Virus record (IMG/VR): IMGVR_UViG_3300013132_000048
Coordinates: 3,726-67,725 of that record
Reading direction: 5' to 3' (one strand)
Source: a virus
DNA length: 64,000 bases
Shown: in pieces, positions 11,325-23,364 of the stretch
Numbering within the stretch: position 1 is the first letter of the stretch
Layout: the number at the start of each line of letters is the position of its first letter
Notes under the pieces: generated by a model
The model's database searches: none
What the model was told of the DNA's origin: nothing
Seen by the model: only the letters and a program-made list of their open reading frames with translations
Position numbers and translations under genes: made by a program

Positions 11325-12284
11325 ATGACGGGAATCTTAGATCCAAAGCAAAGAATATTTGACTCGATAATAACTCAAGAAGGTCGAGCACAAATCGCCT
11401 CTGGTAAGTTAAAGGCAGAGTATTATTCTTTTTCAGATTCTGGCGCTATCTATCAATTAGATACAATTGTATCTGGCGGTTTAGATGTAACATATCGTCT
11501 ATGTTTTGAAGCAACAAATTTACCCCAAGATATGATTACATTAGAAGCAGATGATTCTGGAAAATTAATTGGCAAATTTCCAGGACAAGCAAATGAACAA
11601 ATTATAATTTCTAATGGTCAAATTTTATCAGGAGCAACCAGGGAAGAGCAAGCTCCTGTATCTGGATCCCAATTTAATTCTTTAGCTGGAATATTGCTAA
11701 GTTCTAGTATAGATAACTTTAAAAAGCTACAAATTTTAGCTAGTCCAGATCCAATAGATAAAAATTACAATGAATTTATAATAAATCCTAAAGAAATAAA
11801 TTTCAAAATAACAGATGGAAATCTTCCAATAGAAACAAACGGCATAGAAACAATAACAATAAATGAAGTAGAAAGCTTATTTCAAGATAAAAGATTAAGT
11901 CATGTTCCTAATTTTGATTTTTTACCGCCAGTTAATAGAGCAAGAATAGGTTCTACCGAAAAAAATTCATTAGGTGATTATGTTAATATAAATCAATCAC
12001 CAATTCTCACATATGAAGATTTAGAATCTGAAATAAAACAGTCAAGAAATAAAGGATATTCAAATTCAATTTATTTTACAGAAACTTCTAGAGAAAATAA
12101 TTTAGTATGTCAATTTTTTGAAATATCAAAAGGACAAATGATAAAATTAGATGTAATTGACTTTGGGTTATTTCCAGGTGAAAATGAACAAACATCGAAA
12201 CATGTATTTTTTGCCGGTAAGATATTTATCGATGACAATGGTTCGTCTACCTTTGTTAATATGTTTACATTAATTTTTTCTTAA
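11325..12284 (+). CDS. Baseplate/tail-collar type protein
   Basis: Start moved to ATG 11325, just after the upstream stop at 11323. N-terminus MTGILD...DSIITQEGRAQIASG...YYSFSD resembles the N-terminus of the 22603 product. Confidence 0.6.
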   Translation: MTGILDPKQRIFDSIITQEGRAQIASGKLKAEYYSFSDSGAIYQLDTIVSGGLDVTYRLCFEATNLPQDMITLEADDSGKLIGKFPGQANEQIIISNGQILSGATREEQAPVSGSQFNSLAGILLSSSIDNFKKLQILASPDPIDKNYNEFIINPKEINFKITDGNLPIETNGIETITINEVESLFQDKRLSHVPNFDFLPPVNRARIGSTEKNSLGDYVNINQSPILTYEDLESEIKQSRNKGYSNSIYFTETSRENNLVCQFFEISKGQMIKLDVIDFGLFPGENEQTSKHVFFAGKIFIDDNGSSTFVNMFTLIFS

Positions 12285-12285
12285 T

Positions 12286-14748
12286 ATGAAAATATTTGCT
12301 AAAAGAGATAGAGGATATCTAGAAATACCAGAAGATTTTGCTGTATTAAGCCAAATCTCTAAAAATGGTAAATTTGTATATGAAATAACATATCGGGTAG
12401 ATCCAGTAAAAGCTGTTCAATCTAATGCTTTTACTGTAATGATTCATATATCTACAAAACCATATATTAAAAAAATAAATCCAATTTTTGCAAATGGTAA
12501 AAATTCTAATGAAAATATTATTTTGAATATTTTACAAAAAAAATCAAAACAAAAAGATTATGTAAGACAACAAAAAACAGAATATATTTTGTCTCAAAAG
12601 TCTGATATTACTACTAAAATTCCAAATAATCTAACTGGAGCCTTGAGCAACGCCAGTACAAGACAAACAATATCTATTAAAAATATTAAACAACTATCCC
12701 CTGCGCCAGTAGAAGAATTAAATAATTCAAATTTAAATTTACCTGTTCTTGAAATGAATCTGAATAAAATAGATTTAAATAGTAATTCTGTTACTACTGA
12801 AAATACACAATTTATAAAAAATCAAGCTAATTTTTTGCTCTATGAAAAAAATATAGATCCCGCTAATTTATATGGTCTAAAAACAAATACTATTGTTAGT
12901 GCTAGACAAGTAATAGATGGTACTATTGCAAAAAAACCATATTATAATCAGAAATTATTACAATATAATCCAGGCGCTTCTACTTTAGTAGAAAATTTCT
13001 TAAATAAAACAATATTAACTTCACAAACAGAATTAAATGCAACTGATTACTTGAATATATTAGTTAATAAACAAATAACTTATGTTGAAGTTACAGAAAC
13101 AATAGAAATTCCTCCTGCTGCAATTACAGATAATGAATTTTATGTAATTTTTGAATTACAAAATACCAAAACTACTCTTGAAATTGAATCTGTATATGTA
13201 AATCATGGTAATAATCTAGCATCGATTAATATTCCAACGGAACCTCCTTCAATTGTTGATTTAGCAGTAAATAAGCCTGGGAAAGTTTCTTTTTTGGTTA
13301 AACAAGAAGATGAAAATGCAGTTGCAATAAATGTTTATAAAAAAGAATTAAAACCAACGGTCGTAAACACAGATTCTGTTTATAATTTTGTTGGAAGAAT
13401 TGATTTAAATAAAGAAAAAGGATATCAAAGGTTTGAAGATATTGCTGCAAGCCTACATCCTATAATCTATAGATTTATTCCAGTGAATTCAAATGGAATA
13501 TTATCTTCAGTTTTTACAAGTAAAGTTATAAAATTTGACACATCACAAATTTCTAAAAATATAAAGAAAAAAAGAAAACAATATTTTATAGGATATAATG
13601 CAACAATCAATGCACAGAGTATTAGCATTGAAATCAACAATGTGCCATCTGGTGCTAAAATTTTACGTATCTTAAAAAAAGATAAAAAGATTTTACAAAA
13701 AGATTTTATACAGGTTGGAGAAAACTTTAATATCGAAGGAAATACATCTAATGTTGTTATTTATGAAGATTATAATGTAAAAAAAGACAGAATATATGAA
13801 TATATTTGTGAAATTGAATATAAAGATGGCACAGTAGAAAAATCAGCAAATAATATTATAGTAGAATATAGTCCAATAACAAATAATATTTTGTCAATAG
13901 AATTAAATGATGCAAACATAATCGAATCTGGTCAAAATTTTGATGCAATTTTTAATATTAAATGGTCTTATATATCAAATTCTTTTGAATTAGTTAAAAA
14001 GCTATTAACAGAACAAAATCTTCTTTCACAGTTTAACCAAGATATTTTTGATAACAGAGAAAATTTAAATAAATTATTTTCTTTTGGCGTTACAAGAACA
14101 AACGTAACTACAAATCAGGTTGATTCTTTTGGCATAATAGATAGTTTAAATTTTTCTGACTTAAAATATGGAAAACCAAAGGGCATTCCTCCTATAAAAT
14201 CGGGATTTGAATATCGTTATACAGTAACTGCTTATTTAAGAAATCCAGAAACCTTGCTTCCTAAGTTATCTAGAACAGTTGCTACAAGTCAAAATCTTTC
14301 CTATAGTTTTCGTCCATCTAAATGGTTACAGCCTGTAACGTTAAACGCTGGTAATATAGTTACAGAAAGAAGTCTGGCTTCACATTATGCAAAAAATGAT
14401 TTTACTTTTGGCAGAGTTGTAGAAATAAAATCCGTGACTCTTTCTTTGGCAGATACTTTACCTTCAGTTTCTGATGTTAAAGCTACTAGATTGAGAAAAA
14501 ACGAAGTTTTAGTCCAATGGAAAATTTTAGGAAACGTTGGAAAAATTGATCATTTTGTTATAGTATTAAATGTGTTAGAAATGCAAACAATAATTGGAAA
14601 AGCACACAATATTACTAATTCAAATTATTTTCAATTTTTAGATAAATTGACAAACGGAGAAACTGGAGCATTAACATATTCAATAATTCCTGTATACTTC
14701 GATTATAGCCCTGGCACAGCAACAAAAACTAATTTAGTGATTATTTAA
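12286..14748 (+). CDS. Hypothetical structural protein, probably with Ig/FN3-like beta domains
   Basis: 820 aa. Repeated YEDxxV...YEY and YRYTVTAY type patterns. Confidence 0.5.
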   Translation: MKIFAKRDRGYLEIPEDFAVLSQISKNGKFVYEITYRVDPVKAVQSNAFTVMIHISTKPYIKKINPIFANGKNSNENIILNILQKKSKQKDYVRQQKTEYILSQKSDITTKIPNNLTGALSNASTRQTISIKNIKQLSPAPVEELNNSNLNLPVLEMNLNKIDLNSNSVTTENTQFIKNQANFLLYEKNIDPANLYGLKTNTIVSARQVIDGTIAKKPYYNQKLLQYNPGASTLVENFLNKTILTSQTELNATDYLNILVNKQITYVEVTETIEIPPAAITDNEFYVIFELQNTKTTLEIESVYVNHGNNLASINIPTEPPSIVDLAVNKPGKVSFLVKQEDENAVAINVYKKELKPTVVNTDSVYNFVGRIDLNKEKGYQRFEDIAASLHPIIYRFIPVNSNGILSSVFTSKVIKFDTSQISKNIKKKRKQYFIGYNATINAQSISIEINNVPSGAKILRILKKDKKILQKDFIQVGENFNIEGNTSNVVIYEDYNVKKDRIYEYICEIEYKDGTVEKSANNIIVEYSPITNNILSIELNDANIIESGQNFDAIFNIKWSYISNSFELVKKLLTEQNLLSQFNQDIFDNRENLNKLFSFGVTRTNVTTNQVDSFGIIDSLNFSDLKYGKPKGIPPIKSGFEYRYTVTAYLRNPETLLPKLSRTVATSQNLSYSFRPSKWLQPVTLNAGNIVTERSLASHYAKNDFTFGRVVEIKSVTLSLADTLPSVSDVKATRLRKNEVLVQWKILGNVGKIDHFVIVLNVLEMQTIIGKAHNITNSNYFQFLDKLTNGETGALTYSIIPVYFDYSPGTATKTNLVII

Positions 14749-14752
14749 TTAT

Positions 14753-17700
14753 ATGACTCCAAGATTTGGTATACCATTAAGAAACGATAGCACCCTATCT
14801 TTGGGCGGATTAAGTACGCAACCAAGAAGTGCAACTACCAGTACATCTGAAGATCGAAGTAGATTTGGTTCTGGCGGAACAGGTGTAGGAAGTTTTTCTG
14901 GTGCTTCAACAAATCCTGGAAGTATTCCTAATATCTTACCTGGAAGCCCTTTCCTTCAAACAAATCCCGCAGTCCAATTATTACGACCACTTTTTCCATT
15001 TAGAAATATCAAAACATATGATATTGATAATTTATCTGTTGCACAAACAACCATAATAAATGGTCAGTTTGAGCCAATAGCAAAAAATGGAATATCTCCT
15101 CTCCGACCAGAAATATTATCAGTAATAGATTTTTTACCAATCTATACAGGAGATAGTTCATCTAGGGCAGAAAATTTCTTTCTAACAAAAAATACTACTC
15201 CCGCTGGAGATTTGATTGATTTACAATATCAAGCCTCTAACCTTAGACAAGAAACATTAGTTAGAATGATGAGTAATATCGAAAAGGCTGCTGTAAAAAA
15301 TACAAATAATTCGATTACTCAAAGTTCAAAAATTACAACTTCTCAAGCCCTAATATATCCTAAACTTTTAAAAGGAAATTCTAAAAAGACTCCGGTAAAT
15401 ATAACAGAGAATTCTTCTAGAGCTAGATTAAGTCCTCGTGAAGAAAAAATAAAAGAGATACAGAATAAAATAAATGAAATTAGAACCGAATATGATCAAA
15501 CAATAAGAGATTTAGATTCCACAGTTTCTTTTTTCTCAAATGCATTATCTACAATTGAAATTGTTAAAAAATCTCTAAATTTAAAAACAATACCATCTAA
15601 TCTTTATAATAGAAATTTTCTTTCACTGGATCGGTTCTTTGAGAAGAAAATGCAGTATAATCTTGCAAAATTTTCTTCATTCTCAGATACAAAAATAATA
15701 TTGCAATTATTATCAGATTTTAGATCAATATTAGAGACTTATTCTTTTTCTCTATTGGATATAAAGGATGACGATAGAGTAAGTGATACATCTCCTATAA
15801 AAATTGACCAATCATATACAATTTCAAAAAGTTTTAATTTTAATATTTCCACACTACGTTCATCTAGCAGGGTCATAAATGCTACAGAACCGAATTTCTT
15901 TAATTCTTTCATAAATTCTTTACCTGAAAATCCAGATGATAGAATTAAAATTCTAACTACCCTTATTAGTAAAGAATATCGTGTTTCAAAAGGTTTAGGT
16001 CAAAAAAATATTCAATTAACTTTAGCTGGTAGATTCAATGCCCAACCTAATGGTAATCCATTTGATAATATAATTGGCGAGGTTGGATCTAACATTTTTG
16101 AAAAACCTGAAGGTACCAATAGTTTATCTTCCTTACTCTATGTCACAGATTTAGGCGGAGGAATGATTCTGCCATTTGAAAGCAAATACATAGATTCTGA
16201 AGAACAAAGACAAGTTTATGTTCCAGGCAGCAATTATTTTGTTGATTCAATAATAAATGTCAATCAAAATACTCCTGCATTTAATACAAAACCTTATACA
16301 GATTATGTAACAAAATTTAATACATTAGTCAATAGTGCGAGAGGAATCATTGAAGATATCTTTGATTTTGACAATCCAACAAGTCCATTAATATCTACTA
16401 AAATAAATGATTCATTTTTAAATGCCATAAAAAATAATTTATCCACATTAACAGATTTAAACTTAACAAGAAATTTAAATCTAAATCAAGTTATCGTCTC
16501 AGCTTTATTTAAATTAGCAAATAGAGATCCGCAGTTAAAAAACTTATTATTTCAATATCTTTGTCTGGCAGGTATTACTGCTAATAAATTAACTGTTAGA
16601 TCAGAAAAAAGAGAAATATATAATTTATTGGCAAATGACTTAGTGTCAACAACCAATTTAACTGCTGCGGCGGCTACTGGTATTGTAAGAAAATTAAACG
16701 ATAACGAAGTAGCTGGGAATTTAAGCGTAATTTTAGGTCTTATCGCAAGGCAAATTGAAGACAGGGTGTTTACAATCACAAACATTGTTCCACCAAGCTA
16801 TGCTTCAACTTTCGATTTTAGCGAAACAGAAGGACTACGCCGACCGGGAATACGAGCATTTACTAATGATGGACTTAATACTGCTATTTCTAGGAGAAGT
16901 TTCTCTCCAAATACTTTTGATACTACAACCAGTTCAGTTTCTTCTGTAAATAATTTTACTAAAATTAAATTTCAAAAAGGTAAAATATATAGAGCATTAA
17001 TACATGAAACTTTAAATCCCGGTAGTGGTACCACTAATTTTATTCAAGAATTTATAAAAATTTCAGATTCTTTACAAGATGCCGCTGTCTCCCAAGGTAC
17101 CAATTCTTATCTATTAGACGACGGCACCCGCAGAACAAGATACAATTATTTAAGTACATCAACTCAATTGTTAATGATATTCGAAATTTTTGCCAGCTAT
17201 ATAAACAAATATGTTTATTGTACTTATGAACGTTCTGATAACTTGTTAGAAGGGATGTTAACAGTTGATAACTTTGGAAATAAAAATACATTATATGCAG
17301 TAAATGAAATTTTAGCACTCCCAGTTACTCCTATTACCAAAGATGACATATCTAACAAGATACAGAAGTCTAATTTCATTGATCTTTCTACAAAAAGAAA
17401 TCTAGATCTTTCTTTCTTACAACAAGGAAGAAATCCAACACTTAGAACTGGTTTAGATACAAGATTTGGAACAATTTCTACAATTGCAGGAAACAATTCT
17501 TCGCAAAGAAATTCACCAAATACATCAACTTCTGCAAATATCTCTAATCAAGTTAGTAGAGAAGTTCAAAATGCATTCGATAGTTCTGGAGATGTAAACG
17601 AATTAATTTCTTCAAATTATCAGGAAGCTTCTTCGTTAGCTAATATTTCTACTTATATTGTTCAAAATAGTCTAAATCCTAATTTGATACTTTCTTACAA

Positions 17701-19015
17701 ATCTCCTTATGCAGTTGCCCGAGCCAACCTATTCACTATAAGAAATAAAATTAATGATGAGGAAAAAACTATTGCAAATATACTTCACATTCTTTACGTT
17801 ATTTCTTCCTGGTTACTACAAGGTTCAAGATATGCAACAACATTTTTCAATCAAAATACTCTTTTAACATTTTTAAAAAACAACAATATAACTACATTAG
17901 ATCTATTACAAAACCCCACTCAAATTAGAAACAGCGTGTATACTTTAGATTTAATCAAAGAAAAAATACCAAATAAAACATTTAGCCAGGATTTAGGAAC
18001 AACATATAATAATGTTATTATTTCAGATATAATTCAGCCAGAAGAAAATAGAGCATTGAATTCACTGCTCCAACAATTTGAATATACTGTCAGAAACAAA
18101 GCAGATAAAAAAATTAAATTATTAACTGTTGGTGTTCCATCTGGCTTTTCTAAACAACTTTCCGATAGAGTAGATATACGGAATATAAATGAGAGAACTT
18201 TTAGAGATAAGCAATTTGATGTAATCTCGGTAAATGTTTATAAGAGAGATGCAAGATTTGATGATTTAGTTTTTAAACCTCAAAAATTTTTATTTGACAT
18301 AAGCCTCTATCAAAAAGAAATAGATGTTGTAAATATTAAACCAAGAGCATTGGAAAGTTTTAGAAATTTAATAGGACGAGCAACTGTTACAGATTATGAA
18401 GATACTAAATCTAAACAGCAAATAAACTATAGGAATATTTCGTTAAATCCTAAATATAATTTTTTAACTAATGACCAAAAAAGAGAATTAATCAATAATC
18501 ACTTAACAAGTTATTTACTGGCATCATATATTAATTTATTAACTGGAATAAGATTTTATGAAGATGAATTCTTAGAAAAAGAATATACTCAGGGAACTCA
18601 AATAAATTCAAAAGTTTTAAGTTTGGTTTATGATTATATTGTAAATGTTATAGGAATACAAATTCCACAGAATCTAACATTAGAAGAAATGTTGAAATTG
18701 CCAAATTTAAATGCAGATGCTAAAGATATTTTAACCCTAGTATCTTATGGTAGTTTTGTATTTGAACCAGAGTATATTAAAGCCTCTGTCATTCAGCCAA
18801 AATTATTTGAAAGAATATTTACAATACCTTTAGATATAACTAAATTTGAAATAGATGAAAGTCTGACTATTGCCACAGACAGTGGAAGATTAGCATACAG
18901 ATCAAGCTATATTCAGGAAAAACTTACAAGAGTAAATAATAAAATTTATTTAAAAGAAAATACAGATGGTCTTATTTTCGAAGATTATTTTATAACAATT
19001 GAAGCAGGATTCTAA
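14753..19015 (+). CDS. Large hypothetical virion-associated protein
   Basis: 1420 aa ORF with low-complexity N-terminus and a coiled-coil stretch; stop overlaps the next start (TAATG). Confidence 0.55.
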   Translation: MTPRFGIPLRNDSTLSLGGLSTQPRSATTSTSEDRSRFGSGGTGVGSFSGASTNPGSIPNILPGSPFLQTNPAVQLLRPLFPFRNIKTYDIDNLSVAQTTIINGQFEPIAKNGISPLRPEILSVIDFLPIYTGDSSSRAENFFLTKNTTPAGDLIDLQYQASNLRQETLVRMMSNIEKAAVKNTNNSITQSSKITTSQALIYPKLLKGNSKKTPVNITENSSRARLSPREEKIKEIQNKINEIRTEYDQTIRDLDSTVSFFSNALSTIEIVKKSLNLKTIPSNLYNRNFLSLDRFFEKKMQYNLAKFSSFSDTKIILQLLSDFRSILETYSFSLLDIKDDDRVSDTSPIKIDQSYTISKSFNFNISTLRSSSRVINATEPNFFNSFINSLPENPDDRIKILTTLISKEYRVSKGLGQKNIQLTLAGRFNAQPNGNPFDNIIGEVGSNIFEKPEGTNSLSSLLYVTDLGGGMILPFESKYIDSEEQRQVYVPGSNYFVDSIINVNQNTPAFNTKPYTDYVTKFNTLVNSARGIIEDIFDFDNPTSPLISTKINDSFLNAIKNNLSTLTDLNLTRNLNLNQVIVSALFKLANRDPQLKNLLFQYLCLAGITANKLTVRSEKREIYNLLANDLVSTTNLTAAAATGIVRKLNDNEVAGNLSVILGLIARQIEDRVFTITNIVPPSYASTFDFSETEGLRRPGIRAFTNDGLNTAISRRSFSPNTFDTTTSSVSSVNNFTKIKFQKGKIYRALIHETLNPGSGTTNFIQEFIKISDSLQDAAVSQGTNSYLLDDGTRRTRYNYLSTSTQLLMIFEIFASYINKYVYCTYERSDNLLEGMLTVDNFGNKNTLYAVNEILALPVTPITKDDISNKIQKSNFIDLSTKRNLDLSFLQQGRNPTLRTGLDTRFGTISTIAGNNSSQRNSPNTSTSANISNQVSREVQNAFDSSGDVNELISSNYQEASSLANISTYIVQNSLNPNLILSYKSPYAVARANLFTIRNKINDEEKTIANILHILYVISSWLLQGSRYATTFFNQNTLLTFLKNNNITTLDLLQNPTQIRNSVYTLDLIKEKIPNKTFSQDLGTTYNNVIISDIIQPEENRALNSLLQQFEYTVRNKADKKIKLLTVGVPSGFSKQLSDRVDIRNINERTFRDKQFDVISVNVYKRDARFDDLVFKPQKFLFDISLYQKEIDVVNIKPRALESFRNLIGRATVTDYEDTKSKQQINYRNISLNPKYNFLTNDQKRELINNHLTSYLLASYINLLTGIRFYEDEFLEKEYTQGTQINSKVLSLVYDYIVNVIGIQIPQNLTLEEMLKLPNLNADAKDILTLVSYGSFVFEPEYIKASVIQPKLFERIFTIPLDITKFEIDESLTIATDSGRLAYRSSYIQEKLTRVNNKIYLKENTDGLIFEDYFITIEAGF

Positions 19016-20841
19016 TGGCTCAAACATTACCGTCAAAAAGAGCAATTGTTGTTGATGCGCCTGAAGTACCCAAGTTCATAGGTGAATTTGTTTATAATTT
19101 CTTTACAAAGGATGAAAGACTAAATGATTCTGGAAATGAAACTATAGAAGGATTGCGTGAACGTCCTTCTGAGAATTTAAACTCTGTTGTTTTAGATTCC
19201 ATTAATTTTAAAAGATTTATCCCTAGATTAGTTAGATTCGAATGGAAAAGTGTTCCATATGGAAATCGACCAGATCTAGCTATTAATATTTCAATAAAAA
19301 GAAATATAAATAAGATTCACAGCGAAGAAAATTTTATTTCTGACGAATACACAAATATTTCTTTTCAAGACAATGGACAAGATCAAAAGCTTCAATATTT
19401 TATTAAAAGACAACTTTCTGAAATTATTGCAGATCAAAACAACGTAGATTCAGCTTTGAATCCTAGCAAAGCAGCCCAAAGACAAAAATTAATAGATGGA
19501 TCACAACTAGATATAGTTAAATTTATAAATGATAACACTTCAGATTTAATTGATGGAAATTTTTTAGCTAAAGCATTCGTACAGATGAGAAATAATGGTA
19601 TTTTATTTCTAAATAATTCTGGACCGGGCGTAGATGCACTGTCAAAACAAATAGAAAATAGAACAAGAGGCGTAAAAGTTCGTGCTCAATTAAATAATAA
19701 GTTTGTTAACTCGATACTAAAAACTTCTCAAAATAATACAATATCCCTGTTTAAAGATGAATTACAGCCAATTTTAGAGGAAACAAAAAATATTCAAGAA
19801 AAAGCTCTGACAGAAAAAGATTCTTCAATGCTAAACGGATCAGATTATGATTTTGAATTTTATGATTTCCTTGACTTTAGATCTGGTATAGATCCTAATG
19901 CTTTTGATTCTACAGTACAAGTAGTTGGGTATATTATAGAGAAAAAAGAATATTTTTCTGATGGTACTTCAATAGATAGAGAACCAATAGTTGTTGAAAA
20001 TAAAAATGCTTCCACAACCGCAGATATTAAAATCAAATACGGAACTACCTACGGATACAAAATAAAAAGTGTAGTTTATGTTGAAATAGCTGTTGAAGAT
20101 AGTGAGTTTAATTCCGTTGCTGCTTTATCTTTTCTCGTTTCTTCAAAACCAAGCAATGAAATAATTGTTAAAACTGAAGAATTTGTAGCACCACCTGAAG
20201 TAGCAGATTTTAAAGTAGGCTGGGATTCTTTTAGACAGGCTGCAAGATTAACCTGGTCTTTTCCTCCAAATCCTCAAAGAGATATAAAATATTTCCAAAT
20301 TTTTAGAAGAAGCAGAATTGAAGAACCATTTGAATTATTAAAAATGTATGATTTCAACGATAGCTCAGTTCCACTAGTACTACCAGAAACTCCAAATAGA
20401 GAACTAGTAGAAAAATTAACTTCTCCAAAAAGTTATTATTTAGATGCAGAATTTACAAAAGATTCACGATTTATATATACAGTATGTGCAATAGACGCAC
20501 ATGGCTATAGTTCAAATTATAGCATTCAATTTGAATGTTACTTTGATAAATTTGCAAATAAAATTATTATTAAACCAATTTCTTTAGCAGGAGCACCTAA
20601 AGTTTATCCAAATGCATATTTGTTAAGAGATACATTCGTAGACACAATCAGAGATAGTAATCATAAAAATTTAGAAATTGTTTTCAATCCTGAATTCATG
20701 ACTGTTTTGGACACAAATTCAAATAATTTAAATGTATTAAAAACAGATGCCGATTCCTCGTATCAACTACAACTCATAAATGTAGATTTGCAAACGCAAG
20801 AAAATATTAAAATTAATTTAATTAACAATAGAAGATCTTAA
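19015..20841 (+). CDS. Fibronectin type III-like structural protein
   Basis: 608 aa. APPEVADF...ARLTWSFP...YFQIFRR...YLD...YTVCAIDAHGYSSNYS is FN3-like. Confidence 0.6.
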   Translation: MAQTLPSKRAIVVDAPEVPKFIGEFVYNFFTKDERLNDSGNETIEGLRERPSENLNSVVLDSINFKRFIPRLVRFEWKSVPYGNRPDLAINISIKRNINKIHSEENFISDEYTNISFQDNGQDQKLQYFIKRQLSEIIADQNNVDSALNPSKAAQRQKLIDGSQLDIVKFINDNTSDLIDGNFLAKAFVQMRNNGILFLNNSGPGVDALSKQIENRTRGVKVRAQLNNKFVNSILKTSQNNTISLFKDELQPILEETKNIQEKALTEKDSSMLNGSDYDFEFYDFLDFRSGIDPNAFDSTVQVVGYIIEKKEYFSDGTSIDREPIVVENKNASTTADIKIKYGTTYGYKIKSVVYVEIAVEDSEFNSVAALSFLVSSKPSNEIIVKTEEFVAPPEVADFKVGWDSFRQAARLTWSFPPNPQRDIKYFQIFRRSRIEEPFELLKMYDFNDSSVPLVLPETPNRELVEKLTSPKSYYLDAEFTKDSRFIYTVCAIDAHGYSSNYSIQFECYFDKFANKIIIKPISLAGAPKVYPNAYLLRDTFVDTIRDSNHKNLEIVFNPEFMTVLDTNSNNLNVLKTDADSSYQLQLINVDLQTQENIKINLINNRRS

Positions 20842-20844
20842 AAA

Positions 20845-22497
20845 TTATAAGGTCTTTATATACAATCTTTGACCGGCATCATAAATTCTTTCCCAGCCTA
20901 ACTCTTCAGAGTATTCTTTCTCTGTTAATTTCCTGCTATCCATATTTGCTCTGCAACGAAGCCGGTTGTAAGTCTTAGTATAGTCAGTCCATTTCCATCC
21001 TAATGTGTCTCTAGTGGCTCTAAAACCTTTTTCTTCTAAATGTTTGCCTAATCCATAGCGTAAGTCCACCCAGTTGTGTATCTCGCTTACATTCGAATAT
21101 AGGAAATTATTTTCAAGATACTTCAATAGTTTAGAAAATCCGCCAACTACAGATGTAGTAGTTTGCGAACAAAATCTTTCTATTTTGCAGATATTGCTTT
21201 TTTGTTTATACGATAATATCGAAACAAGTTTGCCATTAAATTTTAATCCTAAATGTTTTGCATTTGTTGTTCCCATTAAATGATTTTGTTCAAGAAACAG
21301 ATCAGCATCTTCTTGTGTAATAAGGCATAGTTCACATTTTCTTGCATATATTTTATATTGTGTTTTACCTAGAGCATTATCAATAATAGACTGGACGATT
21401 GCAGTTTTATTTTTTATTTCATCTTCTCTAAATTGAAAAATTCTTAAATTTAATTCTTCAAAATCTTTTCTAAGATTGAAATGATATTCTTTTTCTTTTT
21501 GTACGTCTGAGTGCCAATAGAGTCCATCCACATTTACAAATATGTTTTCTGATAATTTAAAATCTGGTTTGTATGGTTTTGCAAGCTGCTCTATTTTTTT
21601 ATTATAATGTTTGCTGTTAAAAACACTCTCAGAATAAATTTCTAACGATGTCTTTTTTTCATCAAATTGTGAAAGTATTTTTTCTAGTTGTTCTTTTTTA
21701 ATCTCATTTTCCCCTATGAAATGTTTTAATATCCAACCATAAGAAGGCTTGATACCAGATTGAGATTTATACCATTCTTTAATAGTTGTATTTTCACCAG
21801 TGATAATTTTAGTAGGTTTTAGCCAAGAATTAGTTGTGCCATATCTTTCAATCATTGTTTGATTTTTTTTATCAACAACACCAGACAGAGCAAATGGATG
21901 CTCAACATTATATTTTTCTAAGAATGTATTTTTTTTACGATTTTTTATCGTTTCATTTTTACTAGGATGTTCGACATTATATTTTTCCATACTAGTATTT
22001 TTAAATTTTTCTTTTACTTCTATGGATTGCATATGATGTGCAACGCCAAAATGTCTGATAGTAGTTTCTCTTTTTTTATTTTTTATTTCTTCTAATTGGG
22101 ATACATGCTCTACCCCATATTTTTCTTTTAATTTAGTTGAAATTTTTTCTTTTATTTCTTTTGATTTAAATGGATTATCAGCACCATATTTCTTTACTAA
22201 TGTTTTTTTAACTTTTTCTTGAATTTTTTTTGCTGTATCGGTATCACCATGTAGCGAACAATTATTGCCATATTTTTCTATATTTGTATTTTTTCTATTT
22301 TCTACAGATCTTGCGGGATGACATGATTTTTGCACATAAACATTTTTTGGTATAGCCCAAAACCAATCTTTAACAATCTTATCCCAAAATTTAGATTTTT
22401 CTTTCCATCCGTTGTATTCATCTTCACATAAAACAATATCAGTTCTTCCTTGTAACTGGAAACGTTCTAGTGCTTTTTCATAACTTATTTTTTTCAC
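20845..22497 (-). mobile_element. Free-standing homing-endonuclease-like gene (tandem KYG repeats + Vsr/PD-(D/E)XK-like domain + C-terminal domain), antisense to the structural operon
   Basis: About 7 repeats of ~23 aa (EKYG/EKYN/ERYG), then KPDF...VNVDGLYWHS...IFQFREDE, KIYARKC and IYDAGQ. Likely start GTG 22497 (VKKISYE) with AGGT upstream; the track start at 22599 runs through intergenic DNA. Confidence 0.7.
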
Positions 22498-22602
22498 TAT
22501 ATACCTATACAAAATGTTCAAAATTAAAAATTCTTCATACTTAATGAAATAGAATGTTGTACCATAATTATACAACAGGATTATTGCAAAGGATAACAAA
22601 CA

Positions 22603-23316
22603 GTGGGATTTTTACAAGGCGATACCAATAACATTATTTTAGATGCAGTTCTAACAGATCAAGGTAGACAATTTCTTTCCCGAAATGATGGAAGTTTTAG
22701 CATAGTAAAATTTGCCCTTGGGGATGATGAAGTTGACTATTCTATTATTCAAAAATATGGACGAACTGTAGGAAAAGAAAAGATTGAAAAAAATACCCCA
22801 ATTTTTGAAGCTCTTACAAACGGATCATTAGCTCAAAAATATCGCTGTATTTCTGTATCAAATCCAAATCTTATTCGTTTGCCAAATATTACTTTTACTG
22901 GCGAAGGAGTAGATTTAACAAACAATATTCTTTCAATTGGAAATACGACACAAAAAAGACGTACAATTACGGTATCTCAAGATATACAAAATGAAACAAG
23001 TATCGATGTTGAATTACGAGATCAATCATTTATTGTTGAAATGAATAACCAATTCCTACAAGTTATTGGAACTGCGCCAGATAATATCGATGGTCAACAA
23101 AAAGCAACTTATATTATTGCTCGGGATGCTGGAGAAACCTCTCTCGGAGGCTCAAAACTTACTATTACTATTGCTACCAAGTCTATCACAGAAAGTCAAT
23201 TCCAAGTTTATGGCGCAGCATTCAACAAAAATTTAATAACAACTTACGTAAAAGTTTCCGGCGTCCAATCTGGTGCCGTATTAGAATTCCAAACTCAAAT
23301 TAATAAAACAATTTGA
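22603..23316 (+). CDS. Baseplate/tail-collar protein (N-terminal half of a collar-fibre-type domain)
   Basis: GTG start with AAGGA upstream. ILDAVLTDQGRQFLS...IVKFALGDDEVDY resembles the LTxxG...IxxxAVGD start of P2 gpH-type collar domains. Confidence 0.65.
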   Translation: MGFLQGDTNNIILDAVLTDQGRQFLSRNDGSFSIVKFALGDDEVDYSIIQKYGRTVGKEKIEKNTPIFEALTNGSLAQKYRCISVSNPNLIRLPNITFTGEGVDLTNNILSIGNTTQKRRTITVSQDIQNETSIDVELRDQSFIVEMNNQFLQVIGTAPDNIDGQQKATYIIARDAGETSLGGSKLTITIATKSITESQFQVYGAAFNKNLITTYVKVSGVQSGAVLEFQTQINKTI

Positions 23317-23364
23317 AATTTTCATAAAAAATAATAATTAGAGTTTAAAGAAAATAGGTAAACC

